A stretch of 64,000 nt of DNA from Octopus sinensis (Eukaryota). Below are positions 53,381 to 64,000 of the stretch, one piece after another (position 1 is the first letter of the stretch; the number at the start of each line of letters is the position of its first letter). Below the pieces are notes generated by a model. The model searched no databases. It was given only the letters and a program-made list of their open reading frames with translations, and was not told where the DNA came from. The translations under genes were made by a program, and so were the position numbers. The stretch spans positions 7,126 through 71,125 of the forward strand of contig NW_021834238.1 in NCBI RefSeq assembly GCF_006345805.1. The letters run 5' to 3'.

Positions 53381-53934
53381 AGTAAGCAATGAAAATTTCA
53401 GTAATGGCGAGTCAGAGAAATTGAGAAACACATGGGGGGGGGGGTCGGAGTCGGGGTATGAGCTTAGAGGAAAGGAATGAGAAAGTATGATAGTGAGGAA
53501 AAGGAGAATGACATACATATTGGCAGATTGATATAGACATAGTGAGAGAAAGTGGAAAACGCGACAAGGTGAGGAAGCTATAAATAAGAATAGAGCAAAG
53601 GAAAAAAAAAACAACAAAAAATGGAAAGCAAGCTGGAGGAGGAGGAGGAGGAGGGGGAGGAGGAGAGAATATATGGAAAACACAGTAAGAAAATGAAAAG
53701 AAAAAAGGATCAATTGGAACAGAAAACGGAAGAGCAGAAAACTGAAAGGGCGAGAAAGTAAGATAAACGCATTTATGTGCGTGTATGTACAGCGAGACAG
53801 AAAGATTCATAGAGAGATAGCTTGAGAGAGAAGACTACAGTAGGAACAAATGAACATACTTGTGTGTTGATGAATATTGCAAAGCATCTCTAAATCTACA
53901 GCTTTGAGCATATGAGTCAATATTTTAGATGAGT

Positions 53935-54524
53935 AAGGCGGCCAGATTGGAGAAACGGTAGCGTTTCGGGCGAAATGCTTAGCGGTATTTCGTCTGCCGC
54001 TCCGTTCTAAGTTCAAATTCCGCCAAGGTCTCAATTTTGCCTTTCATCCTTTCGGGGTCGATTAAATAAGTACCAGTTACGCACTGGAGTCGATGTAATC
54101 GACTTAATCCGTTTGTCTATCCTTGTTCGTCCTCTCTGTGTTTAGCCCCTTGTGGGTGATAAAGAAATAGGTATTTCGTCTGCCGCTCCGTTCTGAGTTC
54201 AAATTCCGCCGAGGTCAACATTGCCTTTCATCCTTTCGGGGTCGATTAAATAAGCACCAGTTAGGCACTAGGGTCGATCTAATCGACTTAATCCGTTTGT
54301 CTATCCTTGTATGTCCTCTCTGTATTTAGCCCCTCTCTGTGTTTAGTAAAGAAATAGGTATTTCGTCTGTCTATATGTTCTGAGTTCAAATTCCGCCAAA
54401 ATCGACTTTGCCTTTCATCCTTTCAAGGTCGATAAGTTAAGTACCAGTTGCATACAGGAGTCGATCTAATCGACTGCCCCCATCCCCCAAAATTTCAGGC
54501 CTTGTGCCTATAATAGAAAAGAAT
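53935..54524 (+). mobile_element. SINE family A trimer (one head, three bodies; the last has tail type ii)
   Basis: Units start at 53986, 54172 and 54359 (186-187 nt spacing); junctions GAAATAGGTATTTC. Confidence 0.9.
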
Positions 54525-54605
54525 ATGATAGTTAATTGGTGTCTTGCTATGTAAAACGGCATGCATTTAAGCGGGGTCAACAAACTAATAAATTATGTCT
54601 TTATT

Positions 54606-54636
<31 letters not shown>

Positions 54637-54867
54637 ATAATAATTCAGGGTATCTAAGAGATACCTTCACACTAGAAATAGCAGTCAAAACTTGACCCTA
54701 AAACCACATTAAATGTTCATACAGCACCAGGAGAGAAGAAAAAGAGACAAAATAAACTAGCAAAAACATTACTGGATAATTCCATGCTAAGATCGGTATT
54801 TTAAATATAGATCTTATCTTTACAAATACACACACACACACACAGAGACACACACACACAGACACAG

Positions 54868-54948
<81 letters not shown>

Positions 54949-55194
54949 TATATATATATATATATATGTATGTATGCATGTATATATGTATGTATGTGTG
55001 TATGTATGTATGAATGTATATATATATATATATATATAATATATATATATATAGCAAAAAACGTGAAAATTCTGTGATGTCGGCGGCGGTATTCGACTGC
55101 TTTGTCTGCTGTAAAGCATATGCTAACCACTACACAAAAGCGATATCACCAATTTCGCTACAACCATTAGAAAGCAGGGTGATAGGCGAAGGCT

Positions 55195-55628
55195 GGGCTA
55201 TGTCGTAACAAGATTGCTTCCCAACCATATGGTTCCGGGTTCAATCTTGCTGAGTGGCAACTTGGGCAAGAGTCTTCTACTATACCTTCAGCCCGACCAA
55301 AGCCTTGTGAATGGATTTGGTAGACGGAAACTGAAAGAATCCCGTCGTATGTATGCGTGTTTGTGTGTGTGTGTGTGTGTGTGTGCGTGTGTGTGTATGT
55401 GTGTGTGAGCGTGTGTCTATGCTTGTTCGCCGTCACCGCATGATAACCGGTATTGATGTGTTTATGTCCCCGTAATATAGCAGTTCGGTAAGAAATAAAA
55501 AAACACCGACAGAATAATTATTGTGCTTAAAGCAAAATTGCTCCTTGGGTCGATTTACCCAACTAAAACACTTCGGCGATGTGCTTCATCATGACCGCAG
55601 TCAACTGACAGAGACAAGTTAAAGAACA
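55195..55628 (+). mobile_element. SINE family B, near full length
   Basis: ccaaccatatggttccgggttcaatc, aacttgggcaagagtctt, gatttggtagacggaaactgaaag, TG tract, tail gcagtcaactgacagagacaag. Confidence 0.85.
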
Positions 55629-55858
55629 AATCTATACTTTTGCATAAAATTGAACCGTGAATGGGGATTCGAATTCAGCAGCGCAGAAACCGACTAATTC
55701 GCTTTAATTAAATTCGATAGGATTAGAGGTAAAAGGAAAAATTTTTAAACATTCCAGTTATTCTTGATTTGATGTCTGAGTATATATATGCGCGTTAGTG
55801 CGTTTGTACGTGTGTGAGCGTGTGTGTGTGTGTGTGATTGTGTTTGTGTGTGTGTGTA

Positions 55859-56096
55859 TGAGACACATTGTCCATAGCCATATAATTTAACACAATAAGT
55901 ATTTCATTTATTTCTCAGTAAGTCTTTCATTTATTTCTTTTGCCGCATTTATCACTGACGAAGGGCGGGTTCTTATGAACTAACCCTGAAATCGGTCCGA
56001 TATGGTAATAACGGAATATTTTAGAAATTTCTGTCGACCTTTTTCGAGTAGCGTACTTATTGTGTTAAATTATATGGTTATGGACAATGTGTCTCA
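55859..56096 (+). mobile_element. Penelope-like terminal fragment with a 43-bp inverted arm and a hammerhead
   Basis: 55859-55901 is the reverse complement of 56054-56096 (one mismatch); hammerhead fold at 55950-56002 between the arms. Confidence 0.7.
55950..56002 (+). ncRNA. Minimal type-I hammerhead ribozyme fold, slightly decayed
   Basis: Stem I TATCA/CGATA (4 bp, proximal mismatch), core CTGACGA, stem II AGGG/CCCT with inner GTTC/GAAC, GAAA, stem III ATCGGT (one change from a palindrome), GTC triplet (after 55997). Confidence 0.6.
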
Positions 56097-56147
56097 TTTC
56101 GGCATATTTGGCATTAGAAAATTTTTCGTTTGCCCTTATTTATAAGT

Positions 56148-56178
<31 letters not shown>

Positions 56179-56536
56179 AAGAATTTTTTGCGTAATGAAA
56201 TAAAAAAAAAACCAAGGCTGTGTAAATATTAGAACATTTATAGACACAAGGTCTTACAGCTGTTTTCAGCATATTTATTAATTATATCCCTTCATCGGAG
56301 ACGGTGTGAGAGGGTAGTTACTTTAGATGTGATACAAAATAGAGAGCGAGATGGAGGAAAGAAAATAGATGCAAGATATGTAGGGATATTGAAGTTGCAG
56401 ATCCATTTTTTACGTTGAATGGTATATATGTAGGATTCCATGTGCTTTATATATATATATATACATATATACATATATATATGCATATATGTATTATGTA
56501 TGTATGTAGGCATGTATATGTATGTATACATATATA

Positions 56537-56769
56537 TATTTCTTTACTACCCACAAGGGGCCAAACACAGAGGGGACAAACAAGGACAGACAAACGGATT
56601 AAGTCGTTTATATCGACCCCAGTGCGTAACTGGTACTTAATTTATCGACCCAGAAAGTATGAAAGGCAAAGTCGACCTCGGCGGAATTTGAACTCTCAAC
56701 GCAACGGCAGACGAAATACGGCTACGCATTTCGCCCGGCGTGCTAACGTTTCTGCCAGCTCGCCGCCTT
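56537..56769 (-). mobile_element. SINE family A monomer, tail type i
   Basis: Near-consensus reverse complement from AAGGCGGCGAGCTGGCAGAAACG to AAAGAAATA; the tail runs into (TA)n. Confidence 0.95.
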
Positions 56770-57200
56770 TATTACTTATATTACTTATATACATATATAG
56801 ATATATTTATGCGTATGTGTATATAAACATACACACGCATGTGCTTAAGTTTTATGAGTGCAAGTCAAGAAACTCTCGGCTTGAATGTAACTTCACAGCT
56901 AATTAAAATGTGTGCATGCGTGCGTCTGTGCGACGCGAGCGTATGTGTAATTGTGTATGCGTTTATGTGTGCGTATGCTCATGTGTGAGTATGTACATTT
57001 CTGGCTATGTTTCAATCCTGTTATCACATTTATAGTATCCTTCTGGTATTTGCTAATACCGACATAACTATAAGTATTATCTTCATATCATATCTTTACG
57101 GAAACCTGAGTGTAAATTTTAAGTTTAAGAGTAGAAGTGAATTAATAATGTTCCTTTCCTTCTCAAGAAGCAATACTAACCTAATTGAATGAGCATGTGC

Positions 57201-57281
<81 letters not shown>

Positions 57282-59074
57282 TTGTGTGTATGTGTGTTAT
57301 ATCTTCTGTGTTGTTATATCTGCCAGAAAAAGCATGCACCATTTTAAATATCTTTCCATGGTCTTGGAATAAGCCGCTTTGGGAATGGAATATTCGGTCT
57401 TCAATGAGGATGGACAGTTGTAGATAGGACAACATTGATACATTTGATCAATAATAGACGACCTAGAACTCCAACAAAGAAATTCTGAATGTTCTCGCCC
57501 GAGTTGTTAGAAATAGCAGCCGAAATCTATTTTTTAATTAACGACTTGCAATCATAGAAAAAGAAAGACAAATCGCATTAAATAAGGACAGGACACAATA
57601 GATAATATACACCTATTACTTCTGTCCCTCCCACAACGAAAAGGATGATCAGGACAGGAATGTCATTGATTATAGATTTTCTCAATCAGGGATGACCTCA
57701 GGCTGAACAGCAACCGCAACAGAAGCAGCAGCAACATCAATTTTGAATCAGCACCAACAACATCAACAACGGTAACAGCAAGAATAGGAATTCGTCAACG
57801 GCATTCACTGCCAATTTGACACCGAAACCCGACAGCACTAATGTCATTAAAGTGCCACAGGTATGCCTAACTGCGGTGGATGTGAATGTGTATATTTGCG
57901 TTTATGCATACATGTTGGGGTGTGCCTGTGTGTTTGTATGAGTGTGTGTAACAGTGAGTATGTGTGTGTACGTGTGTGTAGGAAATCAACATGGAGAATC
58001 TAGGTTAGACTTGGCTGAGAAATTAACTAGGATCATCAACCTGGTTCTTTCAGAAAGCAGTCTTTCTTTCCACACTGACTGATTAATATCTTCCATCACT
58101 ACAAATGCTGTTGTTTATCTATAACCCCGGGTCTGTTCTAAACGAGCAGACCTATGCCCACATGCATTCAAACCCTGATCATTTCGTCATCTATTTTTCT
58201 AAGCTGGGAAACCACGACCACACTAGTCAATGTGTCGTTATCATACACAGTATATTTTGAAGTCTGAGAGATTCGGTTGTTATTATTAGCATGCCATATG
58301 CTTACTTAAAATACCCTAAGTTAGCTCGCTGCCCCAATTGTAAGCGACAGCAGTACGATATGTAATGTTATCACGAAGAAAGTTTTAAAAGTGTGAATAA
58401 TTAAATTTTAATTAGTGCGAAATGGATATGCTGTCTATGAACCTTTGTTGGACATACAATGCTGGTATTGGTCAGAGTGTGTGTGTTTGGGGCGTGGATT
58501 TAATCTAAGACACAAACCAGTGACGTGGCTTGCAACAGAACGAATCCCCACTAAAGGAACCTGTTAGTGTTAGATAACGTGATATATCTACCACAAAGAC
58601 AAACATCTAGCATTACTCAAGTCTACGATATGGAAGTGGAAAAACATAATCATTAGGCTTATAGAATACCATGTTGCATTTGTAACGGATTTCTGCCCTC
58701 TGAGTTCAAACCCAAATGCAAGATCAACTTAACTTTTTTACCATTAGGATCGAGAAATCTGGTACCAGTCCAGCATAGAAGAGTCAATCTTCGCTGACTG
58801 ACACACCCTTTGCATGTCTCTGTCGGTCTGTCCGTCTTACTCTTCCTCCCTCTTTGCGTGTGAGTTTTTCTCTCTCTCTCTCTCTCACACTATCTCTCGC
58901 AATCTCTCTCGGATTCTCTCTCTCACTATCTCTTTTACTCACTCTCTCTCGCTCTTTCTCTATTTGAATAGATATCTTTTTGTTTAAATTTACTGTCTCT
59001 CTTTCCACTGTTGTCAAATCTTCCTTCTATATTTTACATCACTTTTGATAGTAGAGATTACCCAAAACATCATA

Positions 59075-59493
59075 TTTTTTTTCTCTCTAGTTTCAGCTCA
59101 GAGATGTGACCATGCTGATGCACCGTCGTTTTGCTACACTGTCATTACTAAGAGCCGCCTCTAATATGTGGCACTTGGTGAAGCATGGAGTTTGATATAG
59201 CTACCCTCATTTGCACCTCTTGAGGTGAGGTAGGTTCATCTTGGACTCTCGACAGGAAGAGGTCCAGCTTTGATTTAAACCCCTACATCTACTTTGTGCA
59301 AGTTCCTCAGACACTTTGGGAGAATATTAAAAAGCTGTGGGCACTTGAAACACGGGCTGTTGCAGTAACTGGTCCTGAGGCGTGATGGCATTGCTGGGAC
59401 ATTTGGCACTATGCAGTGTCGTCCCGTTCTAGCATTAGTGTAACTTTCAAAATTTGGCACAATTTTACTCTGTACAAACACGTTTTTCACCAC
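59075..59493 (-). mobile_element. CR1/L2-like LINE 3' fragment (end of the RT ORF plus 3' tail)
   Basis: Minus-strand peptide PQLFNILPKCLRNLHKVDVG.FKSKLDLFLSRVQDEP..AISNSMLHQV, stop at 59148-59150, then tail cggtgcatcagcatggtcacatctctgagctgaaactagagag and a poly-A-like run. Confidence 0.8.
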
Positions 59494-59599
59494 TAAATAT
59501 TTATAATTGTATATAAATTCCTTAGTTACTATAATTTATTAGTTTCTTTTGCATATTCTTAGTTTAAGCATGTGTATGCAAATATAGTATTGGTATATC

Positions 59600-59670
59600 C
59601 CATTTATGTTCATTAGAAATTAAATAAATAAAGAATTTTGACATGTACGAATATTTATTTACCCCCACTG
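59600..59670 (-). mobile_element. Solo Tc1-like terminal inverted repeat
   Basis: Reverse complement TA|CAGTGGGGGTAAATAAATATT resembles Tc1 termini; a similar solo end lies at about 60560-60594; no partner found. Confidence 0.45.
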
Positions 59671-59977
59671 TATACATACATACATATATATCATATATAT
59701 AATATATATATAATATATATATAATAACAAAATAATAAATAAAAGATATGCAGACATACATACATATATGTACGTACCTACATCTATATGTATATATACA
59801 TGCACATATGGGTACAGGACACCAAAAAAAACGTCGAACACAATGAGAAACGAAAACATAAACACAAAACCAAGGAAATGGACATTTTTCTTAAACAACG
59901 AAAAAATAGAGTACCAGACATACAACACAAGGAACATTCCCCTTCTTCAGCCGCCTCTGTTTCATCTACTCCGCGTA

Positions 59978-60152
59978 TAATTAATAATATCAGGGTGATA
60001 AAAATTCTAATATTTTTAATAATTTTGTAAATGTTTTTAATTTTCATTCCCTTCGAATTTTATCCCTAATAGTGGTTTGGATTTCACCTGTTCCTTCTAG
60101 CGTGCCAGGAATCCTATGATTGATACCTCTTATGTGTTTAAATGTTACACTG
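59978..60152 (-). mobile_element. One-ended older copy of the 13949-14469 MITE
   Basis: Aligns to the reverse complement of 13949-14105 (ttcga..cctaatagtggttt..ttctagcg..cttatgtgtttaaatg..cactg|ta). Confidence 0.7.
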
Positions 60153-60212
<60 letters not shown>

Positions 60213-61547
60213 GGGGGGGGGAGGGTGGAAGCATTCAGATGTTTACATTCGAATTCGAAAAAAGATGTTACTATTGCTAATACCATTTATGGCAAATATC
60301 TTTAATTGATAATAGTAACAGTAATAACATATGCGGTTCACAGGTTTAATAGCATTATAAGCTATAGAATATATAATTATCACGAAACTTTAAAGATGCA
60401 GTTAGCACCAATCTATTCAGAAGTGAGAGCTAAGGTCTCAATTCAAGCGCCATAACGCACCCAAATCATAGTAAATAACAGTATGTGAGGACTCGGAAAA
60501 AGAATTAAAAAGCATACTTATGTGCTAATACTTTTAATGAATCAAGTATTATAACATTGGTGTGATACTGTATGCCTACTGTTGTGCCCCACTGTATACA
60601 TATATATCTGTGTATGTCTGTGTGTGTGTGTGTAACTGTGTGTGTTTCTCTGTTCAGTCCCACTGCGTGATACCTTGGGCAAGTGTCATCTACTATAGCA
60701 TAATTTCCAGAACTAGACACACAACACAGAAAAATACACCGAATATAATTTGCAAAACTTTATACATGTTCTCATTCGGTTCAGCGTTCTGCGTCTAATT
60801 CTGGAAAATATATTTTGTTAACGAAAGACTACGTTGCAGATATTTACATGCGTAAATATTAACAAGCGAAACCGTTGTTACGTAGGTGATCGTATTTTTT
60901 TTTATTTCGTATATTTTCATGTCTTGCTCATTTTTACATTCTGGCGTTTTGCTGAAATTTTTTTTGAGAACACACTCTTCGTTGTTAGCCGTTTTGACGT
61001 CTATATCTAGCATATTAGGAGTCCACTTTGGTGGTCATTCCCTTTAATTTTGTATGTAATATTTTTTCATATGCTAAGCCACTGGTTTTAATTTATTAAT
61101 ATCAATTTCTACCCTCATTATTTAATTATATATATATCGTTGCTTTTATGTTAGACTTTCGAATGTCTAAAGACGCTTATTTTTGTCCATATTTAATTTT
61201 GCTCGCAGTAGCCTGTTCTTTTGGTCCAACTATCGCATCTCCATCTACTTCAGATGCCAAGATGTAAGATAAAAATTGTACAATGGTTTACTATTTTCCA
61301 AAAATGTAGCATGTCCCACATACGACACTTGCAAAAATGTTTCTAAATCAAAATATCATACATGCATGCAGTTAGGATTATAAACACCAAAGAAAGTACA
61401 AGTGTTAAGCTGAAACTGCTGCTAAGGTGAAACGAAATGGAATGAAATGGAAACAATTATTTCGTTTTCCCAAACTGCAACGTTTTGGAGTAACAACACT
61501 TTTGCATAATAACGATATATATATATACATTTTTCTTTTGTCTTTTC

Positions 61548-61745
61548 TCTTATTTGTTTCAGTCATTTAACTGCGACCATGCTGGAGTGCCACCTTTAGT
61601 CGTGTAAGTCGACCCCAGGACATAATTTTTGTAAGCTTAGTACTTATTCTATCGGTCTCTGTTAACCAACCGCTAGTTAAGGGGACGTAAACACACCCAC
61701 ATCGGTTGTCAAGTGATGCTGGTTGTACAAACACACACACACATA
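61548..61745 (-). mobile_element. SINE family B 3' half
   Basis: Reverse complement ggtggcactccagcatggtcgcagttaaatgactgaaacaaataag tail and gacaaccgatgtgggtgtgtttacgtcccc body. Confidence 0.85.
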
Positions 61746-61873
61746 TACGAATGATCCTGCCTCTTTGTTTACTTGTCCTGTTTTGCATTTTTTCTCGTTT
61801 ACGTATTTAACTTGTTTGTTTACTATTTCATGTTGTTTGCATCGTTGATGACATCTTGTATCAATATATGCAT

Positions 61874-61949
<76 letters not shown>

Positions 61950-61952
<3 letters not shown>

Positions 61953-62754
61953 ATATATATAAACGGCAGAGTTGTCTGTCTGTGTGTCTGTGTGTCTGTC
62001 AGGTTGTACCCTCACCCTGACCACGGCTTTCAACCGATTTTGATGAAACTTGACACACACATAGCCCAATGTCATAATTGAAAACTAACGCAGCGAAAAT
62101 TTTGAAAAGTTCCCCCACTTCTGAAAAAAATCGATAAATTCGACATGGGTCGAGAATCTAAGCTTTTTATATGCAACACATTTTCTACAGACTGTCTAGG
62201 GGACGCAACTCGACCTTTTTAACTCTCGGAACATGTGGGGTAAGTATCCCAAAATGAATAAAAATGTACAAAAACGGCAAAAAAGCGGACAGCAATGTGA
62301 GTGACAACAACGAAAAAGTCAAAAGTGACCAAACTGAACAAACGAATGGAAAGGATTTTTGATGCACACGACAAAAGCGGTTTATAATAAACCAAGAGTT
62401 TGCAAGTAGCGTCCGAGGACCCTTAGGGTACGTCAAAAATTTAAGCTAAAAAGTTTGGAGTGGTAGTTATAAAGAAAGTGTAAACATAAAAAGTATTCGA
62501 ATAACTTGCGGCTGCAGCAGCCATTAGCAGAAGTGGGTAAAGTTGGGGGTAAAGTCTCGAATGTCATTTCTTCCTGGTAGGAATACGTTGGGTTGAATTA
62601 TCGATAGCTGTTTGATAGTTATTTGGGAGTGAAGAGAAGACATTGCAACCTACACATGCGCCTTTGTTCCCTAGAGGGAAAAGACTAGATTGGGATTAGT
62701 CGTTGCCTACCAGGGGCTCTTACATACCCGGGCAACGCTGGGCTATGCTGCTAG
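61950..62754 (+). mobile_element. Non-autonomous Helitron-like element
   Basis: 5' ATATATAAACGGCAG, (GTCT)-like microsatellite and ACCGATTTTGATGAAACTT motif typical of DINE-1/Lep1-like elements; 3' GC hairpin CCCGG-gcaacg-CTGGG (62727-62742) followed by CTAG|T at 62751-62755; inserted in (TA)n. Confidence 0.75.
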
Positions 62755-62790
62755 TATATATATATATATACGGCGGGCTACTTGCAGTTT

Positions 62791-62886
<96 letters not shown>

Positions 62887-62930
62887 GATAGATAGATAGA
62901 TAGATAGAAAGATAGATAGATAGATAGATA

Positions 62931-63298
62931 GGCGCTCGAGTGGCTGAGTGGTAAGTAGCGTGCTTATCAGCCACATGGTTCAAAGTTCAGTCGCACTGCG
63001 TGGTAACTTTGCCAAGTGTCTTCTACTATAGACTCGGGCTAGCCAAATCCTTACGACTGGATTTGGTAGACGAAAACTGAAAGAAGCCTGTCGTATATGT
63101 GTATGCGTGTGTGTGTGTTTGTGTATCTGTGTTTTTACCCCACCATCGACGGACAACCGATGTTGGTCTGTTAACGTCCCCGTAATTTAGCGGTTAAATA
63201 AACCGATAGTATAAGGGATAGACTTACGAAGAATAAGTCTTGGGGTCGATTTGTGGCCGTAGTCAAATATAACTGAGACAAACAAAAGAATGAATGAA
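62931..63298 (+). mobile_element. SINE family B, near full length, decayed
   Basis: ggcgctcgagtggctgagtggtaag head, tttgccaagtgtcttctactatag, atttggtagacgaaaactgaaagaagcc, tail actgagacaaacaaaagaatgaatgaa. Confidence 0.85.
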
Positions 63299-63384
63299 TA
63301 TATATATGCACAGCCCTAAACACAAATACACTCACATGCATGTGTATACATGGGAAACCGTTACAATCTCATGTTTTAATATAT

Positions 63385-63658
63385 ATAATATATATATATA
63401 TTATATATATATATATATTATATATATATATATAATATATATGTGCATATACATATATATATATATATATATATAATATATATATATTATATATATAATA
63501 TATATGCGCATATACATATAATAATATATATATATATATATTATATATATATATATTATATATATATGTGTGTGTGTGTGCATATACATATATATATACA
63601 TATAAATATAATGTATATATAGATAAATACATATAATACATATATATATACATTATAT

Positions 63659-63690
<32 letters not shown>

Positions 63691-63720
63691 GATATATATA
63701 TATATATATATATAATATGT
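63385..63720. repeat. Degenerate (TA)n tract
   Basis: Directly visible; one of dozens of TA, CA and TACA tracts in the window, which are not listed individually. Confidence 0.95.
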
Positions 63721-64000
63721 ATGTATGTAGGTATGTATGTACGTATGTATGTATGTATGTATGTATATGAAAGCATTATTCCATGCCTGTCACTCGTAGA
63801 AATGTGGACGTGTATTTGGTATAAAGTCTTCTATGGACACTTTTACTTTAAAAACAACATGTATATATATATATATGTGTGTGTGTGTGTATTTATTATA
63901 TATAATATATATATATATCTTGTGAAGCATATTTGCCCCTTAAATGTGGCTAAACCTTAAGGGTTGATGCTACTGTAGCATGTAGCCCCATGGAGGACAC

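Noticed and set aside
53935-54524. CRISPR-like or satellite-like regular repeats
   Set aside because: The units are about 186-nt SINE bodies with no unique spacers; eukaryotic context and no cas genes.
57751-57860. Putative exon TNNINNGNSKNRNSSTAFTANLTPKPDSTNVIKVPQ with CAG|GTATGC donor
   Set aside because: The 5' half is the decayed (AAC)n tail of a repeat, the acceptor is weak, and the phase does not fit the 53123-53210 candidate.
59925-59975. Minus-strand CTGAAGA followed by a hairpin
   Set aside because: No GAAA or stem III follows the hairpin; at best a fragment.

Overview
AT-rich, microsatellite-saturated animal genomic DNA. The repeat families look like those of a coleoid cephalopod, probably Octopus; this is an inference from remembered SINE and MITE families, not from a search. 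No intact protein-coding gene, tRNA, rRNA or CRISPR array can be supported, and nearly all listed ORFs are translations of (TA)n, (CA)n, (GATA)n or (ATT)n tracts. The window reads as intronic or intergenic DNA filled with mobile elements: three tRNA-derived SINE families (monomers, dimers and a trimer), a decayed R4/Dong-type LINE, a CR1/L2-like LINE 3' end, a decayed SPIN/GTF2IRD2-like hAT transposase, two mariner relics, several MITEs and a non-autonomous Helitron. The most notable unannotated signal is a set of unrelated short elements carrying minimal type-I hammerhead-ribozyme folds of the Penelope-associated, dimer-cleaving kind. One has a compensatory G3-C8 catalytic core (23175-23224). 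Another sits in a foldback element that joins a tRNA-like Pol III head to a hammerhead tail and is inserted into the hAT transposase with a 17-bp target-site duplication (29456-29932). All alignments and folds were done by eye.
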